DNA of 64,000 nt from contig OZ024744.1 of assembly GCA_964016885.1 (NCBI GenBank), positions 66,340,001-66,404,000 on the forward strand. The letters are read 5' to 3'. The translations under genes were made by a program, and so were the position numbers. Origin of the DNA: Eledone cirrhosa. Lineage: Eukaryota. The notes beneath the pieces are model-generated. The model made no database searches. It was not told where the DNA came from and saw only the letters and a program-made list of their open reading frames with translations. Position 1 is the stretch's first letter. Each line of letters begins with the position of its first letter. Positions 39,453-52,888 of this stretch are shown piece after piece.

Positions 39453-40435
39453 AATCTCAACATTCTCTACCAGATATTTTGTTTTAGTCTCATTCATTCC
39501 CAGCCCCACACTTATCGACACAGTCTCAACCTCCTGCATCAAATCCTCTGCTTCCTTCACTGTATTTGTCACCAAAACTATGTCGTCAGAAAATTCAGTA
39601 TCCGATATCTTTTTTGCCTTAATTCTCCTTCTCTGAGCCGGTGCTACAGTAAAGCCAGAGTCCTGGTGTTTCTCCAGTGCAAGGCGCATACAATAGTCCA
39701 CTACGTTGATAAAAAGGAAGGGAGCCAATGTATCTCCCTGGAGCACTCCAGCCAGTATCTCAAAGAATTCTGTCATCCCTCAGGTGTAATGACTTGGGCT
39801 TTGGTGTTGGTGTAGAGCAGTGATATCAGGTCCACTATCTTCTTGGGGATTCCATAAGTCTGTAAGATCTTCATCAGGCAGTGACGGTCCACAGAATCAA
39901 AGGCCTTCCTAAAGTCAATGAAAACCATGACCGCAGGAAGGCACTTTGCTCTAGCTCCCTCTAATATCTTCCTCAGCATCAGGATGTGACTGGTGGTTGA
40001 TCTTCCCTCTCTGAAGCTGTTGTGGTTGTCCCTGAGCTTCTTCTCCATCTCAGGCTGGATTCTGTTAAGAATCATCCTGTTGAGGGTCTTTTCCACAATT
40101 GATGTCAGTGAGATCCCCCTGTAGTTGTTGGTGTTAGAGAGATCTCCCTTCTTTGGCACTGGGACGATGTTACTGATCCTCCACTGATTCGGGGCAACTC
40201 CTTTCTCCAGTGCCCCGTTACAGAACCCCAGGATGATATCATCAAAATCACACCTCCTCATCACCTCTGATGCCACTCCATCTCCTCCATGAGCCTTGCC
40301 CTCCTTGATCTTCTTCTTGGCTCTCTGAAGCTCCTCTCTGGTTAAGGGCTCTGTCTCAATATCCAGTTCTTCAAACAGCTGCCTGATCTCCTCAGTGCTC
40401 TGGGCTGTGGAGGGCGGCTCTCCTAGTAGGGTCTG
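39453..40435 (-). pseudogene. RTE-type LINE (family C) reverse transcriptase segment, inverted
   Basis: VPVPKKGDL..NYRGISL, FIDFRKAFDSVDR, GVLQGDTLAPFLF, FSDDIVL. Confidence 0.9.
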
Positions 40436-40820
40436 AGACTTGGACACTGACCAAGAAACTCACTCATATGGTGGATGGGTGCTACACAAGAATGCTGAGG
40501 ATGGCTCTGAACATTAATCAGTATACACTGAGGATGAAAAACTCAGAGCTGCATGGGAGTATCCCAAAAGTCAGCTCAAAAGTGACACAGAGGAGATTGA
40601 GGTTAGCTGGACATGCTCACCGGTATCCAGAGTTGACATTGCACTCAGTGCTTCTTTGGGAGCCCCTACATGGACACACTGGAAGAGGAAGACCAAGGTT
40701 AACGTATGTTGATGCCCTAAGGACAGACACTGGTCTGTTGGAGACGCAGGACATGGCAGCGATAATGAGGGACAGAGACCGCTGAAGAGAACTCGTCCAT
40801 GGATCTCGGGAATTTTACCC

Positions 40821-40823
<3 letters not shown>
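40429..40823 (+). pseudogene. RTE-type LINE (family C) C-terminal segment
   Basis: GSETWTLT..DGCYTRMLR..RRLRLAGH..GRGRPRLTY. Confidence 0.85.
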
Positions 40824-40897
<74 letters not shown>

Positions 40898-40899
<2 letters not shown>

Positions 40900-41598
40900 T
40901 CATCATCATCGTTTAATGTCTATCTTCCACGCTAGCATGGGTTTAAACGCGAAGATTGGTTGTCTCGTTAATATAGGAGTCTGGCAGGTTTTCTACGACT
41001 GGATGCCCTTCCTAACACCAACCACGTTTACAGTATGGACTGGGAGGTTTTTACCGTGTTACATACATGCCCACATTACAGCGTGGACTGTGTTTTTTTG
41101 TTGTGACACCTACACGACCTCATTTATTTAGGACTGGATGTTGTGGTACCAACATAACTTTACAGAGAAAGGGGTGGTGTTAATGGGGGTGGGGGAGTTT
41201 GGGGGGGGATATTTGATTAAGAGGTGCCTACAGACTGCGATGAACTGGACTCCGTCTGGCGGTAAACGGAGGTGGGGTTGCCCAAGGATCACCTGGCGAC
41301 GAAAGTTCCGGAACGACTTGATGGCAACCAACATCACCTGGCACGGACTCGAAAAAGTTACCGCTGATCGTGACCGTTGGTGAGTAATAACTGCTCAATG
41401 CACCAAATGGCGCGGAAGAATCTAAGACTAAGACAGGCTGTAGGTTTCGCTTTGTATTTAGGCAAGACAGGTTTTCTGTATTACTGCTTAACGCCAAAGA
41501 TCTCGGTCCAGTAACATTGTCTTAGAGAGGTGTAAGTGTGTAAGGTCAGAATTTATCAGAATTTATCAAAGGTTTTTCTGGGTCTGCCTACTCCGTAA
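40898..41598 (-). mobile_element. RTE family A 3' UTR/end with a nested ~200-bp insertion of another LINE 3' end
   Basis: Matches 8341-8860; 41238-41432 is extra plus-strand sequence (WTPSGGKRRWGCPRITWRR..DRDRW) ending in (CTAAGA)2. Confidence 0.8.
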
Positions 41599-41616
41599 CT
41601 TATGTATATATATATA

Positions 41617-41951
41617 TCATCATTTCATTTTACGTCCGCTTTTTACCTGCTTGCAAGGGTGGGACGGGAACTGATTCTGGCTTGATTTCTACAGTTGGAT
41701 GCCCTTCCTAACACCAACCTCATTTACAGTGAGTGCTGGGTGCTTTTTTGCCGTGGCACCTTCACGACCACTTTACAGTGGAATGATATGGACCCCAGTC
41801 CTTATCATCTCATTTGTACAGCTGAGTAAACTGGAGCAATGTGAAATAAAGTGTCTTGCTCAAGGAAACAACACATCACCCGGTCTGAGAATTGAACTCA
41901 CAACCTTTCGATTGCAAGGCCAATGCTCTAACCACTAAGCCATGTGCCTCC
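41617..41951 (-). mobile_element. tRNA-derived SINE with RTE-derived tail, full length
   Basis: Reverse complement of the 32060-32395 and 61125-61428 family. Confidence 0.9.
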
Positions 41952-42065
41952 ATATATATATATATATATACGTATACTCCGTAACTTATATATATATATA
42001 CGTATATATATATAAATATATATGTATATATATATATATGTATATATATAAATATATATATGTGT

Positions 42066-42130
<65 letters not shown>

Positions 42131-42645
42131 TATAAATATATATATATGTATACATATATATAAATATATATATATAAATATAAGTGGAAGCATAGTAAAA
42201 TCGAAGCTTTGGCTGTGGCCAAGCAAAGTTGAGCTACAATAAGGAATGAGTAGCAAAGCACTCAATAAGGGTAGGTCCTTAGAGTAATAACATTACGTTT
42301 AAAAAGCTTGACAAATTGAAAATTGCTGTAGGCAAAACCCAACCATACAATACCAAAAACAATGAAAGAACTAATCAGGTTAAAACAACAGACCTGGACA
42401 GATAGAACGATATTCTGCAATACGTCCGATATGTTTCTATGAAACCAAAATCATCAATCCAACTTACATAACACGTAAATTTGTGGTATTCCCGATCGAA
42501 CAGGGGATTCACTTCATCAACAGGCATTATATATATATGTATATATATATATATAAATATATATATATGCATATATTTATTTAAGTTTGTTGGTTCACCA
42601 CTGGATATATATATATGTATTTATATGTATATATATGTGTATATA

Positions 42646-42801
<156 letters not shown>

Positions 42802-43069
42802 TGTGTGTGTGTGTATATATATGTATATATATTTATATATATAAAAATACTATATTTATTCAACAACAACAACAACAATGACGACAGCGGTGGGAAGGAC
42901 AGCGTGTGGGAAGGACAAATTGAATAAATTTATTTTCTCCACCCCGTAAGGATGAAAGGCAAAGCTAAACTTGGCGGAATTTGACCCTAGGAAGTAAAGG
43001 GCCGTAACTCTATACTACAAAGCATGTTGACCAACGCTCTACTAATACTGCCAATCAACCGCCCTGATG

Positions 43070-43109
<40 letters not shown>

Positions 43110-43292
43110 GGCCAGCAAAATACCCAGTACATTACTGGTACTTTATTTTATCGACCCCGTAAGGAAGAAAGGCAAAGTTAACCTCGGCGGGATTTGAACT
43201 CAGAATGGCAAGGGCCGTAACTCTATGCGTCAAAGCATGGCGTCCGACCCTCTACTGATACTGCCAATTCACCACCCCATAATAATAATAAT

Positions 43293-44900
43293 GATTTCTT
43301 TATTGGCCACAAGGGCTGACATCAAGAAAAACATTACAGACGGCACAGGACGGTACAGGACGGTACGATGTGGGTTTTGTGCGTGTAAAGATTTTTATTA
43401 TTTATATAAGAAAAGAAAAAAAGTCATAGAAACATATATATATATATATAAACAATAAAAATGAAAATTGAAACAATGAAAAATTCCCCAATAGGGGGGA
43501 AACATCCGAGGGTTACTCGTGGCGAAAACCACATAAAAGACCACGGCCACCCTGACCCCCAGGGCAGCGCCCTCTCTCAATTTTTCCCTCTCTCAAACTA
43601 CAGAAGAAGATCAGCTGTTTTCTCTCTTCCGGAGAACTTTCAGCCCAGGGCCTATGGATAACTTCCAAAAATCCCTGGCCTGGCAGTGCTACCGGGGAGC
43701 ACTGCCGGTTCGAGATAAGCTCTACAGACACGGAAGTGGATTTCCCGCATCCTAGTTCGCGTTGGACGCCCCTCATCGCCCCCAGTTTGTGCAGTAACGC
43801 TCAGTCCGCCAGAGTTGTCCCCTCTCGTCCCTTTTGTACGTACAACAGGGACGAGAGAGGACAAGTCTGGCGGTTGAGCGCATGATGCTGAACGGCTGCG
43901 ACAGGTGACCGTTCACCCTCACAACTGAGCAGATGTCGCTGTACATCGTAGCGATCCAACCCCTGAAAACGGGCCCGAAACCGGCTGCCTCGATGACCGC
44001 TGCCAGGTACCGATGGTCGACCCTATCGAATGCTTTGGATTGAACCAAGTTGATCAGGGCCCGACCCGTGCCAGGTTCCTTAACCACGCTCTCTATGATG
44101 TATCACATGAGGTGGAGGTTGTCGTGTATGGAGCATGTCCGGAATGGAGCTTGTCTGCGCCTCTCCCACCAGATCCTTGATGACAAACGCCAGCCTCGTT
44201 ACTAACACCTTGTCCAAAATCTTGAACTCTGCGTTTAGCAGGGTTATGGGCCTGAAATTATCGATAACATACCCCTTGTTCGGGTCTTTTCTCAGCAGCG
44301 CCACTGCTCCCCGGCTCACAAAACTGAATGCAGTAGACGTCTGCCAAGAGGTCACCGAACAAGTCTGGCATAAATGCATAAAGCTCGTAAGGAAGACCAT
44401 CCAAACCTGGCGATTTACCCCTCGTGCAGTTAGCCATCGCTTTCCCTATTTCACCGGCTGTTATTGGCTTTTCGCAACACTGTGCTGCGGTCGTCGAGAG
44501 CCGAGGCAGTCTGTCGAGGTATGAACTGAAGTCTATACCCCGATCCGGGCCGCCGCTGCTCTCGAACATTGGCCACAAGGGCCGACATGTAGGGGACAAT
44601 ACAAAGACAGGGACAGTGGGGGTTTTACAATACGGTCGAGTAAAAGTGCACAATGGCAAGACTAATTTAACAATGAAAATATAAGATAAACTATGCATAG
44701 ATATAACAAAATAAATTCCCCAATAGGAGGGTGAACGACCCAGGGGTGACTCAGGTACCCCACCAATCCTTAACCACACTGCGCTTCTAGGGCACCCAGG
44801 GAGGGCATCCCCCTTTCCTACTCAAGTTAGCTAGCCTATAGGCGCATGGTCAGAGTAGGCCCATTCACACGGGCCATTCTCGCCACATTCATCCACCTTT
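43293..44900 (-). mobile_element. Tx1/L1-type LINE remnants (two abutting copies)
   Basis: GKSPGLDGLPYELY, RPITLLNAEFKIL, KAFDRVDHRYL; the 3' terminus ATTGGCCACAAGGGC occurs at 43301 and again at 44568. Confidence 0.8.
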
Positions 44901-45591
44901 TAATAATATGGAATATTCCTGTTAGTCTAAAGAAACAATTGTTGGATTCACAATCGTGAGATTGCGAGTTCAATTCTTGGGCGGGTAGATATTATCAGTT
45001 ATGGAAAGACCAATGGAAACATTGTTTCCATTAGTCCTCCGATTATACAAAGTCCACCCACTTATATATGCATACATATGTATGCATACATATATATATA
45101 TACATATATATACATACATGTACACATATTTATATACACACACATAATCACCCAAACATATATATACATACATATACACATATTTATATACACACACACA
45201 CACACACACACACATACACACATATAGCGTGGAAGATGGACGTTAAACGAAGATGATGATGATGATGATGATGATGAAATTTCTGTGATTCTGTCACAAC
45301 ACATAAAGAGATAGGAGTAGTTTGACTACCTCATACTACTCCTCTCTCTTTACCTCTGTTATGACTGCCTCATACTACTCCTCAGTCTTTATGTATACTG
45401 CCTGAGTGAATAAAAGGAAGGAAGGATAGTGAAAAAAAACTACGCTGTGTGTGAGTATATATGTACGTGTGTATTTGTATGTGTGTGCGTTTGTATAAAT
45501 GTATGTGTGTATGTTTGTGTGAATGTCTGTGTTTATTTGTGTTAATGTATGTGTATTTGTGTGAATGTATATGTGTACTTTGTAAGCGTAC

Positions 45592-45622
<31 letters not shown>

Positions 45623-45712
45623 TACTACATACATACAAGCAGACATACATACAGCTGTGTATGAATAGATATATTTACCTGTCCTTGTATGTCTGTATAT
45701 ATATATATATAC

Positions 45713-45902
45713 TGGGGTCCCTATCATTCCACTGCAAAGTGGTCGTGGAGGTGCCACGGCAAAAAAGCACCCAGCACTCACTGTAAATGAGGTTGGTGTT
45801 AGGAAGGGCATCCAGCTGTAGAAATCAAGCCAGAATCAGTTCCCGTCCCACCCTTGCAAGCAGGGAAAAGCAGACGTAAAATGATGATGATGATGATGAT
45901 GA
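45713..45902 (+). mobile_element. 5'-truncated SINE with RTE-B-like tail
   Basis: Matches 32205-32395. Confidence 0.85.
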
Positions 45903-46122
45903 ATATATATGTATGAATCTATCTATCTGTGCTTGTATAGCTATACATATATAAATATACGACTTTGTATAATGTATTATGTGATGCATTATGTATCTCT
46001 AAGCAGGGTTTATTTGTACATTACATATATATGAATACATATATATTCTTTATATATATATATATATATTATATAAGTATGCGTGAGTGCAGAAAGAAAT
46101 ATAAATTAGTAGGGAAAATGTG

Positions 46123-46163
<41 letters not shown>

Positions 46164-46615
46164 TTTGGAAAAAGAAGCCCCTTACAAAATAAGCATGTTG
46201 TAGATTATTCAAATATGCCTGATAGTCAAGGTTTGACAAGATGTGTTAACTTAAGTACAACAACAATAACAATAAACAAATGCAATAGGAAATAAAGCTG
46301 TGAAAAAAAAAAAAACCCCGGGGCATACATTGTCATCGATGTTCAGGAAGAACAGCAGTTTTAATGAAACTTGTCACTAAATCACACCAACAGGAACAGA
46401 GAATGATTTTACTCCCTAAGACACTTGTTTTAATTCTTTTTTTTTCACTCTGCCAAACACCCCTCCTCACCCCGATAACAGAAACAACATCTACAACAAC
46501 TATTTTTATTATCTCGCTGTGGCTAACTTTGCCTTTCATCCTTACGGGGTCGATAAAATAAAGTACCAGTAATGCACTGGGGTAATTGCTGGCCTTGTGC
46601 CAAAAGTAGAAATAA

Positions 46616-47494
46616 TCTATATATATAAAACTGTGGTTGTCTGTCTGTCTATCGATTTTTGGCACACATCTCCTCTTAGAATCTCTCACGGAATTGCACC
46701 GAAATTGCTATACTTGTACATTGAGCCCTAGCGAAGACATCGGAAAAAAAATATTTCAAATTGACCCACCCTATGTGACGAAATCGAATATAATGTATCG
46801 ATTTTTGAGCGTAAGTTATCAGTTATTTCCCTTTGTTCTGTTTACATTGAGCGTCTTACGTAAAAAATTACGCTGGCTTTCTCAGCGTTTAAAATGACAT
46901 TAACACAATACACGAACAGTTGTCGTTTTGCTTCATTTCCATTTAAAAGCATTTTAAAACAATATTTTTACTTGAAAACAAGTCTATTTAAAGACTACGT
47001 AAAACAAGCAAATATTTCGTCGTTAGGCGTGCAGACAGACAGTCGTGCAGAGAGGTGATATACGCGTGCAGACAGACAGTCGTGCAGAGAGGTGATATAG
47101 GCGTGCAGACAGACAGTTGTGCAGAGAGGTGATATAGGCGTGCAGACAGACAGTCGTGCAGAGAGGTGATATAGGCGTGCAGACAGACATAACTGATAAT
47201 TTGGTTACGCTAATGTTTTTCTCTGCGTTGCAGTGTTTACATTTTCGATCTTTGTTAATAAATAACCAGTGCAGTTTCTATCCCCAGCATCCTCTTTTGT
47301 TATAACATTCGGGTTATCGTTATGTTTTCTTAACTTCATAAGGCATATTGTTGGTTGAGGGAATATTAATCAAAAACACCACATGCAAGTCTGCACAGTA
47401 GACTCTACAGTTTTTAAGCCAAGAAAGAAACTTAACATTGTAACTTTAACACAGCTACTGAGCGACCCCGAGCAACGCCGGGCTTTACTGCTAG
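46616..47494 (+). mobile_element. Non-autonomous Helitron (array member 1)
   Basis: TCTATATATATAAAAC start, CCCGAGCAACGCCGGG hairpin plus CTAG end. Confidence 0.85.
47025..47189 (+). repeat. 37-bp tandem repeat (~4.4 copies) inside the Helitron
   Basis: AGGCGTGCAGACAGACAGTCGTGCAGAGAGGTGATAT. Confidence 0.95.
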
Positions 47495-48406
47495 TATATA
47501 TATAAAACTGAGGTTGTCTGTCTGTCTGTCTGTCTACTAAAACGGTCGGCACACATCTCCTCCTAAACCGTACGTTCAAATTTCGGTGAAATTGCTACAC
47601 TTATAGATGGAGGTCCAACGGAGACATCGGTAAAAAAAAACTTTCAAATCGACCCACGCCAAGTGCAAAAATCGAATTTGTAATGTATTGATTTATCAGT
47701 TCAAATGTATAAATAGAGATGAGAGATGAGTTATTTCCCTTTTATGGCGTCATTCTGTCTATCTATTTACGTTACGAATAAACGACGCGTGCAAAAGTAC
47801 AAAAATACGCGAACAGTTTTCGGACCTGCAAAATTGATGAGTTCGAAATTTCAACATTAAGCTTCCATTTTGCTTCATTTCCATTAAAAAGTCTTTTAAA
47901 ACAATATTTTTACTTGAAAACAAGCCTATTTGAATACACCGTAAAACAAGCAAATATTTTGTAAAAAAAAGCATTGATCTCGAATAAAGCCTTATGAGAT
48001 TTTCATTTAGAAGCAATGATTTTAAACGACAGACAGATAACGCATCTTTTTTTTTTTTTGTTTTTCATGTCCATCCATTTTCTTTGTTTCAAAATAACTG
48101 ATAGTTTGGTTACGCTGATGTGTTTCTCTGAGACAAGTGGTACAGTGTTTACATTTTCGATTTTTGTTAATAGATTACCAGTGCAGTTTTTATCCCCAGC
48201 ATCCTCTTTTGTTTTAACATTCGAGTTATGGTTATGTTTTCTTAACTTCATAAGGCATACTGTTGGTAGAGGGAATATTAATCAAAAGTACCACATGAAA
48301 GTCTACACTGTAGACTCTACAGTTTTTAAGCCAAGAAAGGAACTTAACATTGTAACTTTAACACAGCTACTGAGCAGCCCCGAGCAACGCTGGGCTTTAC
48401 TGCTAG
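47495..48406 (+). mobile_element. Non-autonomous Helitron (array member 2)
   Basis: Homologous to member 1 and ends CCCGAGCAACGCTGGG..CTAG. Confidence 0.85.
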
Positions 48407-48409
48407 TTA

Positions 48410-49053
48410 TCTATATATCTAAAACAGAGAATGTCTGTCTGTCTGCTTGTATGTCAGCTCACTAAAACTTGAGAACCACCCAATCAATTGTTTTCAAACT
48501 TTACACATGTAATACTTATGGTCCTGTGAGTGTTTTGAGAAAAAGAAATTCCAAATTTTCAATACCCTAGAGACCACATTAGGCGATTTAGCGATCTCTC
48601 TCTATAGTTCTTAGTGTTTCTCTTTTTAGATAGATACATAGATATAACGTTGCGCCCTTATAATATCTGTCTGTATGTCTGGTTGTCTGTATTACGACAT
48701 TATGACGTGGTGTGTGTGTATATATATATATATGTATATATAGTGTGTATATATATATATAGTGTGTAACGTTTTTCGAAATATTTACTTCTGCGTTCAC
48801 AGATTGATTTTTTAGTTTCAGAAGATCCCGCTAAGGGTGAAAGCAGCGATTTTTTGCTTAAACTTTAATCTGTTATTTTAATATATATATCTATATATAT
48901 ATAATTATATATTCGTGTACAGATATTTTTGCATACACAATAACAAAATATAAACAAACGTATTTATTTCACGAGGCTCGATAAGGATAAATATATATCA
49001 AATGAATAAGAACCCTAGAGCAAATCCCGAGCAACGCCGGGCCATTCTGCTAG
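48410..49053 (+). mobile_element. Non-autonomous Helitron (array member 3)
   Basis: TCTATATATCTAAAAC start; homologous to 5339-6221; hairpin plus CTAG end. Confidence 0.85.
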
Positions 49054-49304
49054 TTATTATTATATTTTTCACAGGGCGATGGATTGGCAGTATTGGTAGA
49101 GGGTCGGATGCCATGCTTTGCAGTAAAGAGTTACCTCCATTTATGATCTGAGTTCAAATTCCGCCTATCATCCTTACAGGGTCGATAAAATAAAGTACCA
49201 GTAATACACTGGGATAATTGCTGGTCTTGTGCCAAAAGTAGAAATGATTATTATATTTTCCACAAGGGCACTGGAAAAGTACATAACTTTCTTAAACTAC
49301 CTAC

Positions 49305-49806
49305 TATTAACTATTACAACTAGTGTTACTACTACTACTACTACTGCAGCTGCTACTACTACTACAGCTACTATTACTACTACTGCTGTTGTTGCTACTA
49401 ATACTGCTGCTGCTGCTGCTACTACTACTACTGCTAGTACGACTACAGCTGCTGCTACTACTACAGTTGCTACTACTACTACAGCTACTACTACTACTAT
49501 TACTACTACTGCTGTTGTTGCTACTAATACTGCTGTTGCTGCTGCTACTACTTCTACTACTGCTGTTGTTGCAACTACTACTATTGCTGTTGCTGTTGTA
49601 GTGGCTACTACAACTACTAATACCACCACCACCACTATTACTACTACTACTCTTGTTGCTGCTATGGTGGCTACTACTACTACAAATACTAATACAAATA
49701 CTACTACAATTACTACTAATATTATCACTACTACTACTGCTGTTGTGGTGGCTACTACAACTACAAATACTAATACAAATACTACTACTATTACTACTAT
49801 TATTAT

Positions 49807-49837
<31 letters not shown>

Positions 49838-49905
49838 GCTGTTGTGGTGGCTACTACAACTACCACCACTACCACTACTACTACTACGACTGCTGCTGTT
49901 GCTAC
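49305..49905. repeat. Degenerate (ACT/GCT/GTT)n trinucleotide tract
   Basis: Direct reading. Confidence 0.9.
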
Positions 49906-50304
49906 CAAAATAACACCAATTCCACAATTATTTTGCCTTTGGTAAGTGTCAGCATTCATATATGCATTAGACTTATTAAACGAAGTGGAGGAGAGGCTAA
50001 AAAAAACATGTGGGTATGTAAGAACGAGTGATATAACAACTAGGGTGGGGCCAGTGGCATTATACTTGAGCATATATAAACAAAATTACTCTATTTTAGC
50101 ACATTTTCCAGAGGTAACAGAACGTTTTAATAGTGCCAAAACAATTGAAATGGCAACCATTTGTGTGTTGTGTTAATTTTGGATCTCCGCACTTTGAGTT
50201 CAAAGCACAATGTCAACCCTCTGACACCATTTGAAGGTATTTCATCAGAATAAGAGTCAGTGACAAAGATGATGTTATAAAATGATTTCATAAAAGTCAA
50301 ACTA

Positions 50305-50900
50305 AGTATCTTCAATTCGGTATTTATGCCAACCGTTACCTATGGCCATGAATTTTGGGTAATGACCGAAGCAGGTAGAGAATTTCAAGTATCTTAGGGC
50401 CATGTTCACAAGTAATGGAAGGCAGGAAGCTGAATTAAGTGCAAGAATTGCAGGAGCTGGTGCAATGATGTGCCAGCATTGGCATTTAGTAATCTGAAGA
50501 AGGGAGGTAGGTGTAAAATCCAAACTTGCAATCTTCAATTCGGTATTTGTGCCATCCCTTACCAATGGTCATGAATCTTGGGCAATGACCAAAAGAATAC
50601 GATTGTAAATACAAACAGTAGAAATGGGGTTCCTCTGAAGAGTCTTCGGAGAAATGTTACTTATTGGAGTATGTAGCTTGGAGATCAGAGAGTTGCTCTA
50701 GGTAGAGCTGCTACTTCTCCGAATTGTGGGATCACAGCTACTATATTGTGGACAAGTGGTTAGAATGTCTCAGGAAAGAATTACTGGACATATTTTTTAC
50801 AGGCAAAACCAACTGGTAAGAAACCCTTGGCTAGACCTGCTGGAAGGAGTGTTTAAGGATTCTGCCCCACTAATTTTCCTAGCAATAAGTGGGTGGAGAA
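50305..50900 (+). pseudogene. Old RTE LINE C-terminal remnant
   Basis: FKYLRAMFTSNGRQEAELSARI...PSLTNGHESWAMT, with stops. Confidence 0.75.
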
Positions 50901-52261
50901 GAAGAAGAAGAAGGAGGAGGAGAAGGGGGCGGGAGAGGGGGAGAAGGAGGAGAAGAGGAGATTTAATTCTCTGGTACAATGTGTTTAGTAATGAAATCAG
51001 ACAACTTTTAGGAAGGTTAAAGTCAATTATATTGGCTCCAATACTTTCCTGGTTCTTATTTTATCAATCCCAGAAGGATGAAAAGACAAAGCTGATTTGA
51101 GTGGAAGTTGAACTCAGATTGTAAAGGATTTAAATAAACATTTCAATACAGCTTATCTGTTGCTCTGCTTCTGCTGCCAACACCCTCTGACAACAAAAGG
51201 GTCTTGGTATGTTGTGACTGATGACGTGTAAGCATCCACTAAAACTGTGGCATTTGTAGAAATGCATAGGTGGTGAGTAGGTTGTTTGCTGTTTGTGAAA
51301 CATGCTTTTCCATAGCTTTGTCTCTTTGGTCGATCTGTAGTCCTGGGTTAACTGTATGTCTATGTTGCATGTGGGTAGAGAAGAGAAGGTGGTAATGTCT
51401 TACATTATAGGTTTGCCTTGTTGGGAGGTGATTGTAAGGAGATTGTTAATGTATATAAAAAAAGAATGTGTGTGGGTGGGTGGTGGGAAAGACAAATTCA
51501 AACCCTGGTTGACACTAGGGATGATAGAGTTCTCTCAATAAACACTGTGATAATATAATCAGACAGGAAAGTATAAATACAAGAAATGAGAGATAGATGG
51601 AAGATATAGATAGAAAATTTTAAAATGAAATTCACAGACCAAACATGGTTAAAAATATTAGTATCAATATAATGGACTTGATTTTTGCTCTTTAAACTCT
51701 GTTCTTGGTGATCGAACTTTGTGGAGAAAAATATCTCATGTTGATGTGCAGTCTGCAACTGGCGGAGTTTAACGTCTAAGTAAGTAATCATCTATATATT
51801 CCATTCAAATTGCTGGTCTTGCTCTAACGTTAGAAATCATTATTTTGGCAAAATCATTTGCACTTCGGGCAAAATCCATTAGAATATTTGTTCTGAACTT
51901 TTTATGTTCTAAGTTTGATTTCATCATTCTGGGATTGATAAAATAAAGTACATAGTGTGACATTTATTATTGGTAGTATTTTCACTTTCACACTCTATAT
52001 CCTGTTTGTTTCACTTTCAAGATCTTTATTCTTTGATGGATTTTTTACCACGTTTTAAGAACAGATCAAGATTTCTATCAGACTGCAAACATTTTCAACT
52101 TGCTCTTTGAAAATTAAATCTCCTTGTCATTCTGGACAGGTATGCCCCAGATAATTGTAGCTAGGACATTGTCATGTATCATATTTGATACATGTTTATC
52201 AATTTTTATTTGTTTTCACTTTGAAATGTGAATTGAGCATTTGTAACACAGTTTTGTCTCA

Positions 52262-52888
52262 TGAATATACTTAGGACAAGGACTCAATACTCAGAAATAA
52301 TGTGTTCAACTGTCTCACTGTACTGGTTACATAGTCTCTACTTGATGATAGAATATATCCAGACCTGACAAGGACTCAATACTCAGAAATAATGTGATCA
52401 ACTGCCTCACTGTACTGGTTACATAGTTTGTAGTTGATGTTAGAATATACCTAGACTTGCCAAGGACTCAGTACTCAGAAATAATGTGATCAACTGTTTC
52501 ATTGTACTGATGACAGTCTGTACTTGATGTTAAAATATACCTAGACTTGCCAAGGACTCAATACTCAGAAACAATGTGGTCAACTGTCTCACTGTACTGG
52601 TGACATAGTTTGTAGTTGATGTTAAAATATACTTAGACTAAACAAGGACTCAATACTCATAAATAATGTGGTTAACTGCCTCATAGTACTGCTCTACTTG
52701 ATGACAGAATATACTCAGATTTGACAAGGACTCAATACTCAGAAATAATGTGGTTAACTGCCTCATAGTACTGCTCTACTTGATGACAGAATATACTCAG
52801 ATATGACAAGGACTCAATACTCAGAAATAATGTGATCAACTGCCTCACAGTTGTGTCATGGTTACATAGTCTGTACTTGATGTTAGAA
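52262..52888. repeat. 82-92 bp minisatellite, 7 copies
   Basis: CAAGGACTCA(A/G)TACTCAGAAATAATGTG anchor at 52277, 52369, 52461, 52551, 52643, 52725 and 52807. Confidence 0.9.

Noticed and set aside
42430-42470. Hammerhead-like UUGAUGA...GAAA on the minus strand
   Set aside because: C3 is missing and neither stem I nor stem II pairs convincingly.
49229-50073. Mucin-like Thr/Ala-rich ORF and antisense poly-Val ORF
   Set aside because: A trinucleotide tract open in several frames; the ORF start lies within a SINE tail.
52262-52888. CRISPR-like array with a constant anchor
   Set aside because: Sequence between anchors is homologous across units, so it is a minisatellite.
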